Source of the DNA: Syntrophales bacterium
GTDB lineage: Bacteria > Desulfobacterota > Syntrophia > Syntrophales > UBA8958
DNA: 62,119 nt
Reading direction: 5' to 3'
NCBI GenBank assembly: GCA_041664405.1
Contig: JBAYKV010000001.1
Span: 1 to 62,119, forward strand
In this document: positions 35,723 to 45,736 of the stretch, piece by piece
Layout: each line of letters opens with the position of its first letter
How positions within the stretch are numbered: position 1 is the first letter of the stretch
The notes under the pieces: model-generated
Databases searched by the model: none
What the model saw: the letters and a program-made list of their open reading frames with translations, nothing else
What the model was told of the DNA's origin: nothing
Program-made: the position numbers and the translations under genes

Positions 35723-36880
35723 ATGGATTTCAACCTGAGTGAAGAGCATGTGATGTTGCAGGACAGTATCCGCAATTTTGCGTCTAAAGAGATACTACCC
35801 ATAGCTGAGGAGATCGATGAGAAGGATGCCTGGCCGGAGGGTATGTGGCAGAAACTGGGAGATTTGGGGATCATGGGCATTACGGCGGAAGAGAAATACG
35901 GCGGCGCCGGCGCGGATCTTCTCTCGGCGGTACTGGCCGTCGAAGAACTGGCCAAAGCAAGTCCCGCCATCGCCCTATCTTGGGGCGCCCATGCCAACCT
36001 CTGTGTGAACAACCTTAGCCACAACGCCAACGAGGCGCAGAAGCAGAAGTACCTTCCGTCTCTTTGTTCCGGAAAGCACATCGGAGCCTTGGGACTCACC
36101 GAGCCGAACGCCGGTTCGGACGCCGTGAACATCCAAACGGTCGCGGTGAGGAAAGGGGATCATTATGTGGTGAACGGAACGAAGATGTTCATCACCAACG
36201 GCACGGTCGCAAACACTATCGTCCTTTATACGAAAACAGACAAGGAAAAAGGCGCCAAGGGAATCACGGCTTTCATCCTCGATACCCAATTCCCCGGTTT
36301 CTCCGTTTCCAAGAAGCTGAAGAAATATGGTCATCGCGGATCACCCACGGCGGAACTGGTTCTGGAAGACTGCATGATTCCGGTGGAGAATGTATTGGGG
36401 GAGGAGAACAAAGGCGTCCACGTCATGATGTCTGGGCTTGATGTAGAGCGCTCCTTCTATGCGGGCGAGTCGCTGGGGATTGCGGAGGCATGTCTTGATC
36501 TTTCCGTCCGATATGCCAAGGAACGCGTCCAGTTCGGGAAGCCGATCGGGGTATTTCAGCTCATCCAGGCCAAGCTGGCGGATATGTATACCTATATCGA
36601 AGCCGGCAGGATGCTCTGTTACCGGGCCGCCATGACAGCCGAAAAGGCATCTCGGGGAGGGAAGGGCACTGAGGTCCACAGGCTGGCGGCGGCGTCCATT
36701 CTCTTCAATGCAGAAATGGCCACCAGAATCGCCGATCAGGCGGTCCAGATACATGGAGGATATGGATATATGCTGGAGTATCCCGCACAACGTTATTTAC
36801 GGGATGCAAAACTGATCGAAATCGGCGCTGGTACCTCAGAGGTCCGAAGATTGATCATTGGCCGGGAACTGATGATGTAG
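35723..36880 (+). CDS. Acyl-CoA dehydrogenase (isovaleryl-CoA dehydrogenase-like), copy 2
   Basis: Motifs YGGAGAD, LTEPNAGSDA, FITNG and QIHGGYGY...LRDAKLIEIGAGTSEVRR. Confidence 0.9.
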   Translation: MDFNLSEEHVMLQDSIRNFASKEILPIAEEIDEKDAWPEGMWQKLGDLGIMGITAEEKYGGAGADLLSAVLAVEELAKASPAIALSWGAHANLCVNNLSHNANEAQKQKYLPSLCSGKHIGALGLTEPNAGSDAVNIQTVAVRKGDHYVVNGTKMFITNGTVANTIVLYTKTDKEKGAKGITAFILDTQFPGFSVSKKLKKYGHRGSPTAELVLEDCMIPVENVLGEENKGVHVMMSGLDVERSFYAGESLGIAEACLDLSVRYAKERVQFGKPIGVFQLIQAKLADMYTYIEAGRMLCYRAAMTAEKASRGGKGTEVHRLAAASILFNAEMATRIADQAVQIHGGYGYMLEYPAQRYLRDAKLIEIGAGTSEVRRLIIGRELMM

Positions 36881-36957
36881 AGAGGCTGTAGGGATTGATG
36901 GATGGCTGCGACAGGGGATCGACATTACTCATATCTTGAAAGAGGAGGGATTATGTC

Positions 36958-38259
36958 ATGAGCGGGAAATGGATTGATGAATATGGGAAAAAACTGACAA
37001 CGGCCGACGAGGCGGTAAAAATAGTCAAATCGGGGGACTGGGTGGAGTTAGGTTTCGGCGCGGGCATGGCGCCGGCTTTGATGAGCGCGCTGGCGAAGCG
37101 CAGCGGCGAACTGGAAAACGTCAATCTCCGGGACACCCTGTGGCTCCCGGCCGCGGACGGGTATCTATCCGGGGCAGGGCAGAAGGCCTTTAACATCAAC
37201 ACGTGGTTCATTTCGGCAAGAATACGGAAGGCAATCAATGAAGGCATCGGCTCGACCTATCCGGAGTATTTCCACGAAATCCCCGGGTATTATACAAAAT
37301 ATCTGGAGAATGATGTCCTGATGGTTTCTGTTTCTCCCATGGACGAGCACGGTTATTTCAGCTTTGGAACGGCCGTAACCTACCATCGGGCCGCTGCCGA
37401 TATATCGAAAAAGGTGATCCTGGAGGTTAATGAACATCAGCCTTACATTAACGGCGATTCCTTCATCCACATTTCCCAGGTTGACCTGCTTGTTGAGAAC
37501 CATGAACCGTTGCCGGCAATTCCTGCCGCGCCCCTCACTCCGAATGATGAAGTGATCGGGCAGACCGTTGCCGACATGATCGAAGACGGCTCGACAGTTC
37601 AGTTGGGGATCGGCGCCATGCCAAATGCTGTCGGATATGCACTTAAGAACAAGAAGGATTTAGGCATTCATACGGAGATGTTTGTCGATTCCATGATCGA
37701 TTTGATCGAAATGGGGGTCATTACGGGAAAGAAAAAGACGATCCATAAAGAGAGAATAATCGGAACCTTCGCTGGTGGAAGTCATAAACTCTACAAATAT
37801 CTTAATCGGAATCCCATATTCGAATCCTATCCGGTCTCCTATACCAATGATCCAACGATTATCGCTAAAAATCATAAGATGGTTGCGATCAACGCTACCG
37901 CCGAGGTGGACCTGGGCGGGCAATGCGCCTCGGAGTCAGTGGGGACGAGGATGCTTAGCGGAACGGGAGGCCAGATGGACTACTGCCGGGGCGCTTACAA
38001 ATCGGAGGGTGGAAAATCCTTCCTTTGCCTCCATTCAACGGCAAAAAAAGGCGCGATCAGCAAGATTGTACCCACCCTGACCCCCGGCGCCGTTGTAACA
38101 ACGCCGCGGACGGAGGTTCAGTATATTGTGACGGAGTACGGAGTGGCCATGCTTAAAGGGAAAACCTTGAAGGAGCGAGCAAATGAATTGATCGCCATCG
38201 CCCACCCGGAATTTCGAAACGAGCTTCGGAACGAAGCAAAACGATTAAAAATTCTATAG
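36958..38259 (+). CDS. Acetyl-CoA hydrolase/transferase family CoA-transferase, copy 2
   Basis: GIHTEM and SGTGGQMDYCRGA motifs. 433 aa. Confidence 0.85.
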   Translation: MSGKWIDEYGKKLTTADEAVKIVKSGDWVELGFGAGMAPALMSALAKRSGELENVNLRDTLWLPAADGYLSGAGQKAFNINTWFISARIRKAINEGIGSTYPEYFHEIPGYYTKYLENDVLMVSVSPMDEHGYFSFGTAVTYHRAAADISKKVILEVNEHQPYINGDSFIHISQVDLLVENHEPLPAIPAAPLTPNDEVIGQTVADMIEDGSTVQLGIGAMPNAVGYALKNKKDLGIHTEMFVDSMIDLIEMGVITGKKKTIHKERIIGTFAGGSHKLYKYLNRNPIFESYPVSYTNDPTIIAKNHKMVAINATAEVDLGGQCASESVGTRMLSGTGGQMDYCRGAYKSEGGKSFLCLHSTAKKGAISKIVPTLTPGAVVTTPRTEVQYIVTEYGVAMLKGKTLKERANELIAIAHPEFRNELRNEAKRLKIL

Positions 38260-38273
38260 CGGAGGAGATTATA

Positions 38274-38735
38274 GTGAAAGAATATCTATATTTAGATGAT
38301 TACGCGGTGGGAGAAAAGATCGTGTCCCCGGCAAGGACGGTGACCGAGGCGGATATCGTGAATTTTGCCGGTTTTACGGGCGATTGGCACCCCCTCCATA
38401 CGGATGTCGAATATGCGGCGAAGACGCCGTTCGGAGGACGGATCTCCCATGGGATGCTGACGTTGAGTATCGGGATGGCCCTGCCGTTCAGGATGGGTCC
38501 CTACTCAAGTTATCTGCCGAAATCGTTCATCGCCTTTTATGGAATGGATGATGTCCGTTTCACGGCGCCGACCCGAATTGGTGACACAATTCGGTGCGAA
38601 GTGGAAGTCATGGACATCACGGACAAAGGGAAGGGAAGGGGCGTCCTGACGGTGAAGAATCTGATCATAAATCAGAAGGATGAAACGGTGGTGTCTTTTG
38701 TTATGAAACTGTTCTGCGGCAAACGGCAGATCTAA
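38274..38735 (+). CDS. MaoC-like (R)-specific enoyl-CoA hydratase/dehydratase (hot-dog fold)
   Basis: FAGFTGDWHPLHTD motif. 153 aa. GTG start. Confidence 0.8.
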   Translation: MKEYLYLDDYAVGEKIVSPARTVTEADIVNFAGFTGDWHPLHTDVEYAAKTPFGGRISHGMLTLSIGMALPFRMGPYSSYLPKSFIAFYGMDDVRFTAPTRIGDTIRCEVEVMDITDKGKGRGVLTVKNLIINQKDETVVSFVMKLFCGKRQI

Positions 38736-38768
38736 AACATTACGGAGTCAGAGAAAAGGAGAGCAGTA

Positions 38769-40415
38769 ATGACTGAGAAAGTAAACACAAAAGAAGCAAG
38801 GCGATTAAAAAAAGAAGCTGAGTATACAGATAACAGACAACACTGGCTGGCAGAAGAAGAGAAACTATATGCCCAGTGGGAAAAGGCGTACTATCCAGGT
38901 GGACAGGATCAGGTCGATCGCCTGCTCAAGCAGGGTAAGAAGCCGGTGCGCGATCTCATCAAGCAACTCATCGACCCCGGTACGGAATTTATGGAACTGA
39001 GCAGAGGCGCCGGGTTCGGAATTAATTACGATAAATCAACAAAGGATGTCCCCTCTGCCGGTTTGGCAACTGGTCTGGGCAAGGTTCATGGCAATTGGGT
39101 TATGGTTATTGCCAATGACAGCAGGGTAAAGGCGGGGGCTTATTATCCCATCAATACGAAGAAGCATCTGCGGGCCCAGGATATTGCCGAAGAGGCCGGG
39201 ATACCCTGCGTCTACATTACGGATTCCGCCGGCGGCTTTCTTCCTCTGCAAGCGGGGGTATTCCCCGGCCGGGGGCAGTTCGGGCGGTTCTTCTTTAACA
39301 TGTGCCGGATGTCAGCCAAGGGGCTCAAACAGTATACCTTGAGCACCGGCGGGAATACCGCCGGCGGCGCATACATAGTGTATCTGGCCTGCGAGTCGAT
39401 CATGATCGACAAGATGGCTTATGCCTTCCTGGGCGGCCCGCCCATGGTCAAATCAGCCATTGGCGAAGTTGTTTCCATGGAGGACCTCGGCGGCGCGAAG
39501 GTTCATACCGGCATATCCGGCGGAGCCGATCATTTCGTCCAAAGCCAGGATGAGGGGATCGAAAAACTCAGGGACTTGCTTTCCCATGACCCAAAGCAAA
39601 AGTTATGCATCGAAAGACGCGAGACCAAGGATCCGAAACTTCCGATCAGCCGTCTCTATGAAATCCTGCCCAAGGATACCTACCATGGAATAAACGTCCG
39701 CGAGGTTATCAACTGCATTGCCGACGACAGTTACTTTAGCGAATATAAGCGCAACTACAATCCCGGCCGGGGTGACAACCTTGTCTGCGGATTAATGTAT
39801 CTTAAAGGTATTCCCGTCGGCGTCGTTGCGAGCAACAATAATGGCGTCATCTTCGTAGATGCGGCTAGAAAGGCGACCGAGTGGGTTATCCGTTGCTGCA
39901 CACAGAAGATTCCGATTCTCTATATGCAGGGTTCGCCCGGTTACATGGTCGGCACCCAGGAAGAGTATGCCGGCATCGGGAAATACGGTTCCGATATGGT
40001 CAGGGCCTGCGCCTGTGCCAGGGTTCCCAAGGTCCAATGGGTTATCGGTCCCGATCACGGCGCCGCCAACTACGGAATGTGTGGGCGCGCTTATGATCCC
40101 CGCTTCATTTTTCATACCATGCGATCACGAACGTCCGTCATGTCCGGGCAGACGGCAGGATTCATTCTGACGACCCTGGAAAGGGCCAATGCGAAGAAGG
40201 CAGGCCGGGAAATGGACGAAGAAGCGGCCCAGAAATTCCAGCAGATGATGGTCGATAAATATTCCAGCGAGGCCCATCCGTTTTTCTTGGAGGCGCGTCT
40301 TTTCCAGGACGGCACCCTCCCCTTAAAAGATTGCCGGGATGCCCTGGCTACGGCGTTTGAGGTGTCGCTGTTGAGGCCCATCGAGGAATCGAGTTTCGGC
40401 AATTTCAAATTTTAG
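38769..40415 (+). CDS. Acyl-CoA carboxylase carboxyltransferase subunit (methylcrotonyl-CoA carboxylase beta-like)
   Basis: 548 aa with the two-lobed carboxyl_trans architecture. The neighbours are a hydratase, an HMG-CoA lyase-like gene and a biotin carrier. Substrate is not determinable from sequence alone. Confidence 0.8.
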   Translation: MTEKVNTKEARRLKKEAEYTDNRQHWLAEEEKLYAQWEKAYYPGGQDQVDRLLKQGKKPVRDLIKQLIDPGTEFMELSRGAGFGINYDKSTKDVPSAGLATGLGKVHGNWVMVIANDSRVKAGAYYPINTKKHLRAQDIAEEAGIPCVYITDSAGGFLPLQAGVFPGRGQFGRFFFNMCRMSAKGLKQYTLSTGGNTAGGAYIVYLACESIMIDKMAYAFLGGPPMVKSAIGEVVSMEDLGGAKVHTGISGGADHFVQSQDEGIEKLRDLLSHDPKQKLCIERRETKDPKLPISRLYEILPKDTYHGINVREVINCIADDSYFSEYKRNYNPGRGDNLVCGLMYLKGIPVGVVASNNNGVIFVDAARKATEWVIRCCTQKIPILYMQGSPGYMVGTQEEYAGIGKYGSDMVRACACARVPKVQWVIGPDHGAANYGMCGRAYDPRFIFHTMRSRTSVMSGQTAGFILTTLERANAKKAGREMDEEAAQKFQQMMVDKYSSEAHPFFLEARLFQDGTLPLKDCRDALATAFEVSLLRPIEESSFGNFKF

Positions 40416-40484
40416 CGGGCAAAAAACGGTGTCGGCAACAAGCGATATTAATTATGTATGGTTTTAACAATATGGAGGACTAAT

Positions 40485-41282
40485 ATGTCGGACGTTATTC
40501 TAACTGAAAAAAAGGGTGAAGGCATCCTGATCCTGACCCTCAACCGGCCAAAAGAAATGAACTGCATGAATTTCGACATGATCGAGACGTTGGGCAACAT
40601 AATTAAGGAATCAAATTTCGATATGTCCCTGCGGGTCATAGTTATTACCGGCGCCAAACCACTGGAAGGAAAGAAGGCCTCCTTTTCCGCCGGGGCGGAT
40701 TTGGCGGAAAGACGCACACTCACCGATGACCAGGTACGGCGCTTTATCGCGACGGTCCGCGGAACGATGATTGCCGTGGAGAATGCGAGAGTTCCCGTTA
40801 TCGCCGCCATCAACGGCTTTGCCTTCGGCGGCGGTTCCGAACTGGCCCTCGCCTGTGACCTGCGCATCGCCTCTGCGGATGTCCTGATGGGCCTTACGGA
40901 AACGGGTTTGGGCATCATTCCCGGCGGCGGCGGTACGCAAAGGTTACCTAGGATCGTTGGGATCGCAAAGGCAAAAGAGTTGATCTACACGGCAAGGCGT
41001 TTTGACGCCAAGACAGCCCTGGATATCGGGCTGGTTTGTAAGGTCGTCGAACCGGACAAGCTGATGGATGCCGCTATGGAACTGGCGGGAGAGATCGCCA
41101 AGAACGGACCTATCGGTGTTGCCCAGGCGAAGTTTGCCATCAACTACGGCAGCGAATGCAGCTTGGGAGTGGCGCTGCCGTTGGAATCAAAGGCCTACGA
41201 AATCACCATTCCCACAAAAGACCGCCTGGAAGCCCTGGCGGCCTTTGCGGAAAAAAGAAAGCCCGTTTTCAAAGGAGAATGA
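40485..41282 (+). CDS. Enoyl-CoA hydratase (methylglutaconyl-CoA hydratase-like by context)
   Basis: Motifs FGGGSELALACDLRIA and ETGLGIIPGGGGTQRLPR. The ATG follows GGAGGA. Confidence 0.85.
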   Translation: MSDVILTEKKGEGILILTLNRPKEMNCMNFDMIETLGNIIKESNFDMSLRVIVITGAKPLEGKKASFSAGADLAERRTLTDDQVRRFIATVRGTMIAVENARVPVIAAINGFAFGGGSELALACDLRIASADVLMGLTETGLGIIPGGGGTQRLPRIVGIAKAKELIYTARRFDAKTALDIGLVCKVVEPDKLMDAAMELAGEIAKNGPIGVAQAKFAINYGSECSLGVALPLESKAYEITIPTKDRLEALAAFAEKRKPVFKGE

Positions 41283-41330
41283 CGGCTTATAACAACTATG
41301 CCCTGAATAATTATGAGGAGGACATACACG

Positions 41331-42509
41331 ATGACAGAACATGATTATTGGAAAATATTTCCGAGGATGCCCAAAAAAGTAATGCTCGGCGATATCACGA
41401 TCCGTGACGGCTTTCAGCACGAAGAGAAGTTTGTTTCCACAGCAGCCAAGATTTTTTATGGAGAAGAGATTATTCTGGCCGGCTGCAAGGAGATTGAAGT
41501 TACCAACCTGGGAAGTCCGATAACTACACCCCAGTTCCGGGATGCCGATGAAGTTCTCGCCCATTTCCGGAGTGACGGTTTTAAAAAGAGATGCGCCAAG
41601 GGGAAAATCAATTACGATGAACTCGTTTTCAGCGCCGTAACGATCCGTGAGAGCGCGGTGGATCGCGCCGTCGAATTGAAGAAGCAGGGAATTGGTCCCG
41701 ACCGTGCCCTGATGATGGTTTCTACCGACCCGGAACATCATTTTGCCAATTCCGGAACAACCCTTTCCCAATACTGGCGGGAGGCCGAACGGTGCATCAA
41801 GAAATGCGCCGATGTCGGGATCAAGATGTGCGGCGTCGTGAGCACCATCTGGGGAAGCCCCCTCAGCGGCGCTACCAAGCTTGAAGATGCCGTAGAGTTC
41901 ACGAAACGGTGGCTGTCCATAGGCGCCTATGACATCGAACATGCGGACCATGACGGTTCGGCCTCTGCCGCCGAGGTCTATCGTTACTTCTCCATGATCA
42001 TGGACGCCATGCCCAACCCGGAAGTTCACCTCTGTCACCTCCACGAAACCAAGCGTGTTGCCTCCGCTTCGGTTTTGGCGGCCCTTCATGCCGGCATATC
42101 CCGATTTGAGGGCACCCTGGGAGGTTTGGGCGGGCAGCCGGCCAACTTCCTCGATGACTGCCCCGTTAGAGGCACCGGCGAATATTACTATAAGGATCAT
42201 CGCTACGTGGGACTCATTACCATGGAGGATCTCGTCGTCATGATCGATGAACTCGGGATTGAACACGGTTACGATGTGGACAGGGTTTTATGGCTGGGAA
42301 ATAAGATGGAGAAGACCATCGGCCGCAGGCTGCGTTCCGAGGCCATCTATAACGGCAGGACGGAGAAAGGCGGGAATCCGCAGTTCCTGAGGCCCGGTTT
42401 GAAGAAACTGATCGAGAAAGTGGGAGAAAAACCGGGGCAGACGGCGCCCTCCGAGTGGCCCGCAAAGGCGGTCCTGCCGGAGAAATGGGGGCCTGACGCC
42501 TGGAAGTAA
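41331..42509 (+). CDS. HMG-CoA lyase-like DRE-TIM metallolyase with C-terminal extension
   Basis: ITIRDGFQHEE and LCHLHETK (HxH) motifs. About 392 aa, longer than canonical lyases. Confidence 0.75.
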   Translation: MTEHDYWKIFPRMPKKVMLGDITIRDGFQHEEKFVSTAAKIFYGEEIILAGCKEIEVTNLGSPITTPQFRDADEVLAHFRSDGFKKRCAKGKINYDELVFSAVTIRESAVDRAVELKKQGIGPDRALMMVSTDPEHHFANSGTTLSQYWREAERCIKKCADVGIKMCGVVSTIWGSPLSGATKLEDAVEFTKRWLSIGAYDIEHADHDGSASAAEVYRYFSMIMDAMPNPEVHLCHLHETKRVASASVLAALHAGISRFEGTLGGLGGQPANFLDDCPVRGTGEYYYKDHRYVGLITMEDLVVMIDELGIEHGYDVDRVLWLGNKMEKTIGRRLRSEAIYNGRTEKGGNPQFLRPGLKKLIEKVGEKPGQTAPSEWPAKAVLPEKWGPDAWK

Positions 42510-42582
42510 TCCCGGATGACAATGAAATCAACATAAGCGTTTGCAGACGAAGCATAAATAAAGACTTAGGGAGGCAATTTGA

Positions 42583-42798
42583 ATGAGTACAAATGTTGTG
42601 GCCCCGATGCCGGGGACAATAATGGAAATTTTAGTGCAGGTTGGCGATGTCGTTAAGGCAGACGAAGAGATCGCCATCTTAGAAGCGATGAAAATGGAAA
42701 ACCCGATCTGCGCTCCGCGGGACGGGGTGGTGAAGGAACTGATGGTAAGCAGCGGAGACAAGGTAGATGCATTTCAGGCGTTGATCGTCTTGGCATAA
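42583..42798 (+). CDS. Stand-alone biotinyl carrier domain protein
   Basis: 71 aa with the biotinylation motif EAMKMEN. Confidence 0.9.
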   Translation: MSTNVVAPMPGTIMEILVQVGDVVKADEEIAILEAMKMENPICAPRDGVVKELMVSSGDKVDAFQALIVLA

Positions 42799-42858
42799 AA
42801 GATAAGAAACATAAATCTCTAAAGGGATAGAAAACATAAATCAAGGAGGAGCTATCCA

Positions 42859-44373
42859 ATGACGACACCCGTGCAGCAAAAGATTCGAGATAAAAGAAGA
42901 ACGCCTGAACAGATTGCCGATATGGTCAAATCCGGCGATTGGATCAACCACTCCGGCGCCGGCGGCGATTCCACGGTATGCAGCGAGGCCGTAGCCAAGC
43001 GACTTGGCGGCGGCGCCGGGCAGTTGAAGGACATCGAGTTCTGGATGTACGCAGCCTTTTATCCCCATCTGGAGTTCCAGCAGCTCGACCCGATGCAGGA
43101 ATTCCATACGGTCCATGAATTCTTCTTCTTTCCCTGGAACCGCAAGGCCAGGGATACGAACGGCGTTACGGACTGGGCGCAATGGGGATGGGCCTACGGG
43201 ATGAATGCCCACCACTACCGTTTTGTCAATGCCGTGAAGGAGAAACGAGGCATGGATTGGTGGTTCAATGCCGCCACGCCTCCCGATGAACACGGCTATT
43301 TCAACATGTCCTACGGGACGAACAATTGCCTGATATACAGCCAGACGGCCAAGAAAACCGTCTTTGAAGTGCGGTCCGACTATCCCTGGGCGGAGGGGGG
43401 CCGTTTCAACACCTTCCATATCGACAGCATCGATTACTGGGTCGAGGTGGATTGCGAAAAGTACAAATGGCCCCAGATCAATGAAAAGGCCATTCAGGCA
43501 AAACCCGTGGAAGTGGAGATCGCCAAGCACGTCCTTTCCATCATGAAAGACCGGGATATTGTCCAGCTCGGGATCGGATCGCTGCCCTCGGCCTGCGTCG
43601 CCGCTATGGCCGACGCGGGACTGAAGGACCTCGGCATTCATACGGAGATGCTCAACTTCGGCTTGATCAAATTGATCGAATCCGGCCAGGTCACCAATGC
43701 GTATAAAAACCTCGACAAAGGCAAGAGTGTTTACACCTTCGCCTTCCCCGTGGACGTGGACTGGTACTACAATACGATTCACCGCAACCAGGCCATGGCC
43801 GTTTACGATATCAACTATACCAATAACTTCGATATCCTGAGAAGAATCGACAACATGATCGCCATCGACAACTGCGTCGCCGTTGATCTTCTCGGCCAGC
43901 AGAGCACCGGTTTTTATGAAAAACGTCCCATCTCCAGCACGGGCGGCTATTTTCAATTCGTAACCTTCTGCGCCCAGTCCAAGGGCGGCCGCGGCGTCGC
44001 CTCCATGACTTCGCGCAGCAAACATGGGACATCCCGCATCGTTCCCTTCCTGCCCGAGGGATCGACCGTTGACGTTCCCGCCCAGTTTGCCAATTACGTA
44101 TGTACGGAATACGGCATCGTCAATCTGAGAGGATTGAGCGGTTATGAAAGGGCGGCGGCGCTCATTTCGATCGCCCATCCCGAAGACCGGGAATGGCTGG
44201 AGAAGGAGGCCCGGGCGAATGGACTGCTTGCACCGAAATTCCCGGTTTCCATGTTTCCCAAGGAAGGCGGCGCCCGCAGGTACCCGAGCTACGAGGAGCG
44301 GCGCAACTACAAGATTCCCATGGGCAGCGAAATATGGGGCTTCGATTGGGATCCCTACCAGTCGGGCAAGTAA
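42859..44373 (+). CDS. Acetyl-CoA hydrolase/transferase family CoA-transferase, divergent copy 3
   Basis: GIHTEM is conserved, but the SGTGGQ motif is replaced by SSTGGYFQF. 504 aa. Confidence 0.75.
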   Translation: MTTPVQQKIRDKRRTPEQIADMVKSGDWINHSGAGGDSTVCSEAVAKRLGGGAGQLKDIEFWMYAAFYPHLEFQQLDPMQEFHTVHEFFFFPWNRKARDTNGVTDWAQWGWAYGMNAHHYRFVNAVKEKRGMDWWFNAATPPDEHGYFNMSYGTNNCLIYSQTAKKTVFEVRSDYPWAEGGRFNTFHIDSIDYWVEVDCEKYKWPQINEKAIQAKPVEVEIAKHVLSIMKDRDIVQLGIGSLPSACVAAMADAGLKDLGIHTEMLNFGLIKLIESGQVTNAYKNLDKGKSVYTFAFPVDVDWYYNTIHRNQAMAVYDINYTNNFDILRRIDNMIAIDNCVAVDLLGQQSTGFYEKRPISSTGGYFQFVTFCAQSKGGRGVASMTSRSKHGTSRIVPFLPEGSTVDVPAQFANYVCTEYGIVNLRGLSGYERAAALISIAHPEDREWLEKEARANGLLAPKFPVSMFPKEGGARRYPSYEERRNYKIPMGSEIWGFDWDPYQSGK

Positions 44374-44406
44374 AATAATAAATAATAATTACAGGAGATA
44401 TAAGCT

Positions 44407-45603
44407 ATGGCTTTAGATTTCAATTTTACCGATGAGCAAAAGATGTTGGAGGACAGCGTATACAAATGGGCGACAACCTGGCTTGAGCCTCAGATGGAGC
44501 ACCTATATGAGATTGACGAAATGCCCACGGACCTTTTCAAGGAAACAGCTAACTTAGGGATTAACGGCATCGTTTTTGGCGAACAATACGGCGGCGCCGG
44601 TCTGGGCTACGTAGAGACCCTGCTGGCGTATGAGACGATCGCCAGGGTAAGCAATGCCCTGTCCATGACCGTTGTCGCCAGCCAGACTCTGTGCTTTGAC
44701 AACTTCCGCAGAAACGCCACGGAAGAACAGAAGATGTATGTCCTTCCCAAGGCCATGTCGGGCGAGTGGATCGGCTGCCTCGGCATTACCGAACCCAACG
44801 CCGGTTCCGACGCCATGAGCATGGCGACGAAGGCAGAGAAGAAAGGGAACAAGTGGGTCATAAACGGCAGCAAGATTTTTATCACTAACGGTCCCGTGGC
44901 CCAGTTCATGGTCTTTTACGCAAAAACCGATCCCGCCGCCGGCCCCAAGGGGATTTCGACCTTCTGTTTCGAGATCGACAAGTACAGGGGGAAGGGCTTT
45001 TCATATGAGAAGATCAAAAAATGGGGGATGAGGACCTCTCCCACGGCGCTCATTACCTTCGAAGATATGGAACTCCCCGAAGACGCCCTCATCGGCGGCT
45101 TGAACAAGGGAGTAGCCGTGCTTACGAGCGGCCTGTGCACCGAGAGAATCACCACCTGCGGCTGTACTCTTGGCGGCCAGAGAACCTGTCTCGAACTATC
45201 TCTTAAGTATGCCAAGGAGAGGGTCCAGTTTGGCAAACCCATCGCTGCCTTCCAGTCCATCCAGGAGAAGCTGGCCAATATGTACTGTGGTTACAAGGCG
45301 GGCAAGTGGCTGGCCTACAGCGCCGCCGCCTATTGCGACAGCCTGGAAAACAAGTCCGGCGGCAAGGGAACGGACCTCGATCGGATGGCCGCGGCGGCAC
45401 TGCTGTTCAACGGCGAAATGGGAACCAAGATCGGCCTCGACGCCATCCAGATCCATGGCGGTTACGGATATTGCACCGAATATGCCGTCAGCAGGCATTT
45501 CTTGGATCAGAAGCTTTGGGAGATCGGTGCCGGCACATCAGAGATCCGTAGAATGATTATTGCGAGAGAACTTATGAGAGACGAGTTCAGGAGCGGTCTG
45601 TAA
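44407..45603 (+). CDS. Acyl-CoA dehydrogenase, copy 3
   Basis: Motifs YGGAGLG, ITEPNAGSDA, FITNG and QIHGGYGY...EIGAGTSEIRR. Confidence 0.9.
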   Translation: MALDFNFTDEQKMLEDSVYKWATTWLEPQMEHLYEIDEMPTDLFKETANLGINGIVFGEQYGGAGLGYVETLLAYETIARVSNALSMTVVASQTLCFDNFRRNATEEQKMYVLPKAMSGEWIGCLGITEPNAGSDAMSMATKAEKKGNKWVINGSKIFITNGPVAQFMVFYAKTDPAAGPKGISTFCFEIDKYRGKGFSYEKIKKWGMRTSPTALITFEDMELPEDALIGGLNKGVAVLTSGLCTERITTCGCTLGGQRTCLELSLKYAKERVQFGKPIAAFQSIQEKLANMYCGYKAGKWLAYSAAAYCDSLENKSGGKGTDLDRMAAAALLFNGEMGTKIGLDAIQIHGGYGYCTEYAVSRHFLDQKLWEIGAGTSEIRRMIIARELMRDEFRSGL

Positions 45604-45695
45604 AGATTTTTTACCCGGCCGGTTAATCAACGCGGATGGATGTATAAATGCTAACGGGTCAGCAAATTCTATGAGGCTGTCTATCGGAATGGAAA

Positions 45696-45721
45696 AAGAG
45701 GGGACGATAAGTCCCCTCTTT
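45696..45721 (+). terminator. Rho-independent terminator-like hairpin
   Basis: AAGAGGGGAC-GATAA-GTCCCCTCTT followed by TAATT. Sits between the acyl-CoA dehydrogenase gene and the Fe-S gene. Confidence 0.5.
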
Positions 45722-45736
45722 AATTGAGGAGGGATT

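Noticed and set aside
41187-44178. Long minus-strand ORFs (359 aa at 41187..42266 and 445 aa at 42841..44178) opposite the HMG-CoA-lyase-like and CoA-transferase genes
   Set aside because: They have no motifs, their composition is typical of antisense frames, and the plus-strand genes have clear family signatures and RBSs.
45637-45651. TGGATGTATAAATGC as a sigma54 promoter upstream of the Fe-S gene
   Set aside because: The spacing is correct but both half-sites are poor, and a terminator-like hairpin (45696-45721) lies between it and the gene.
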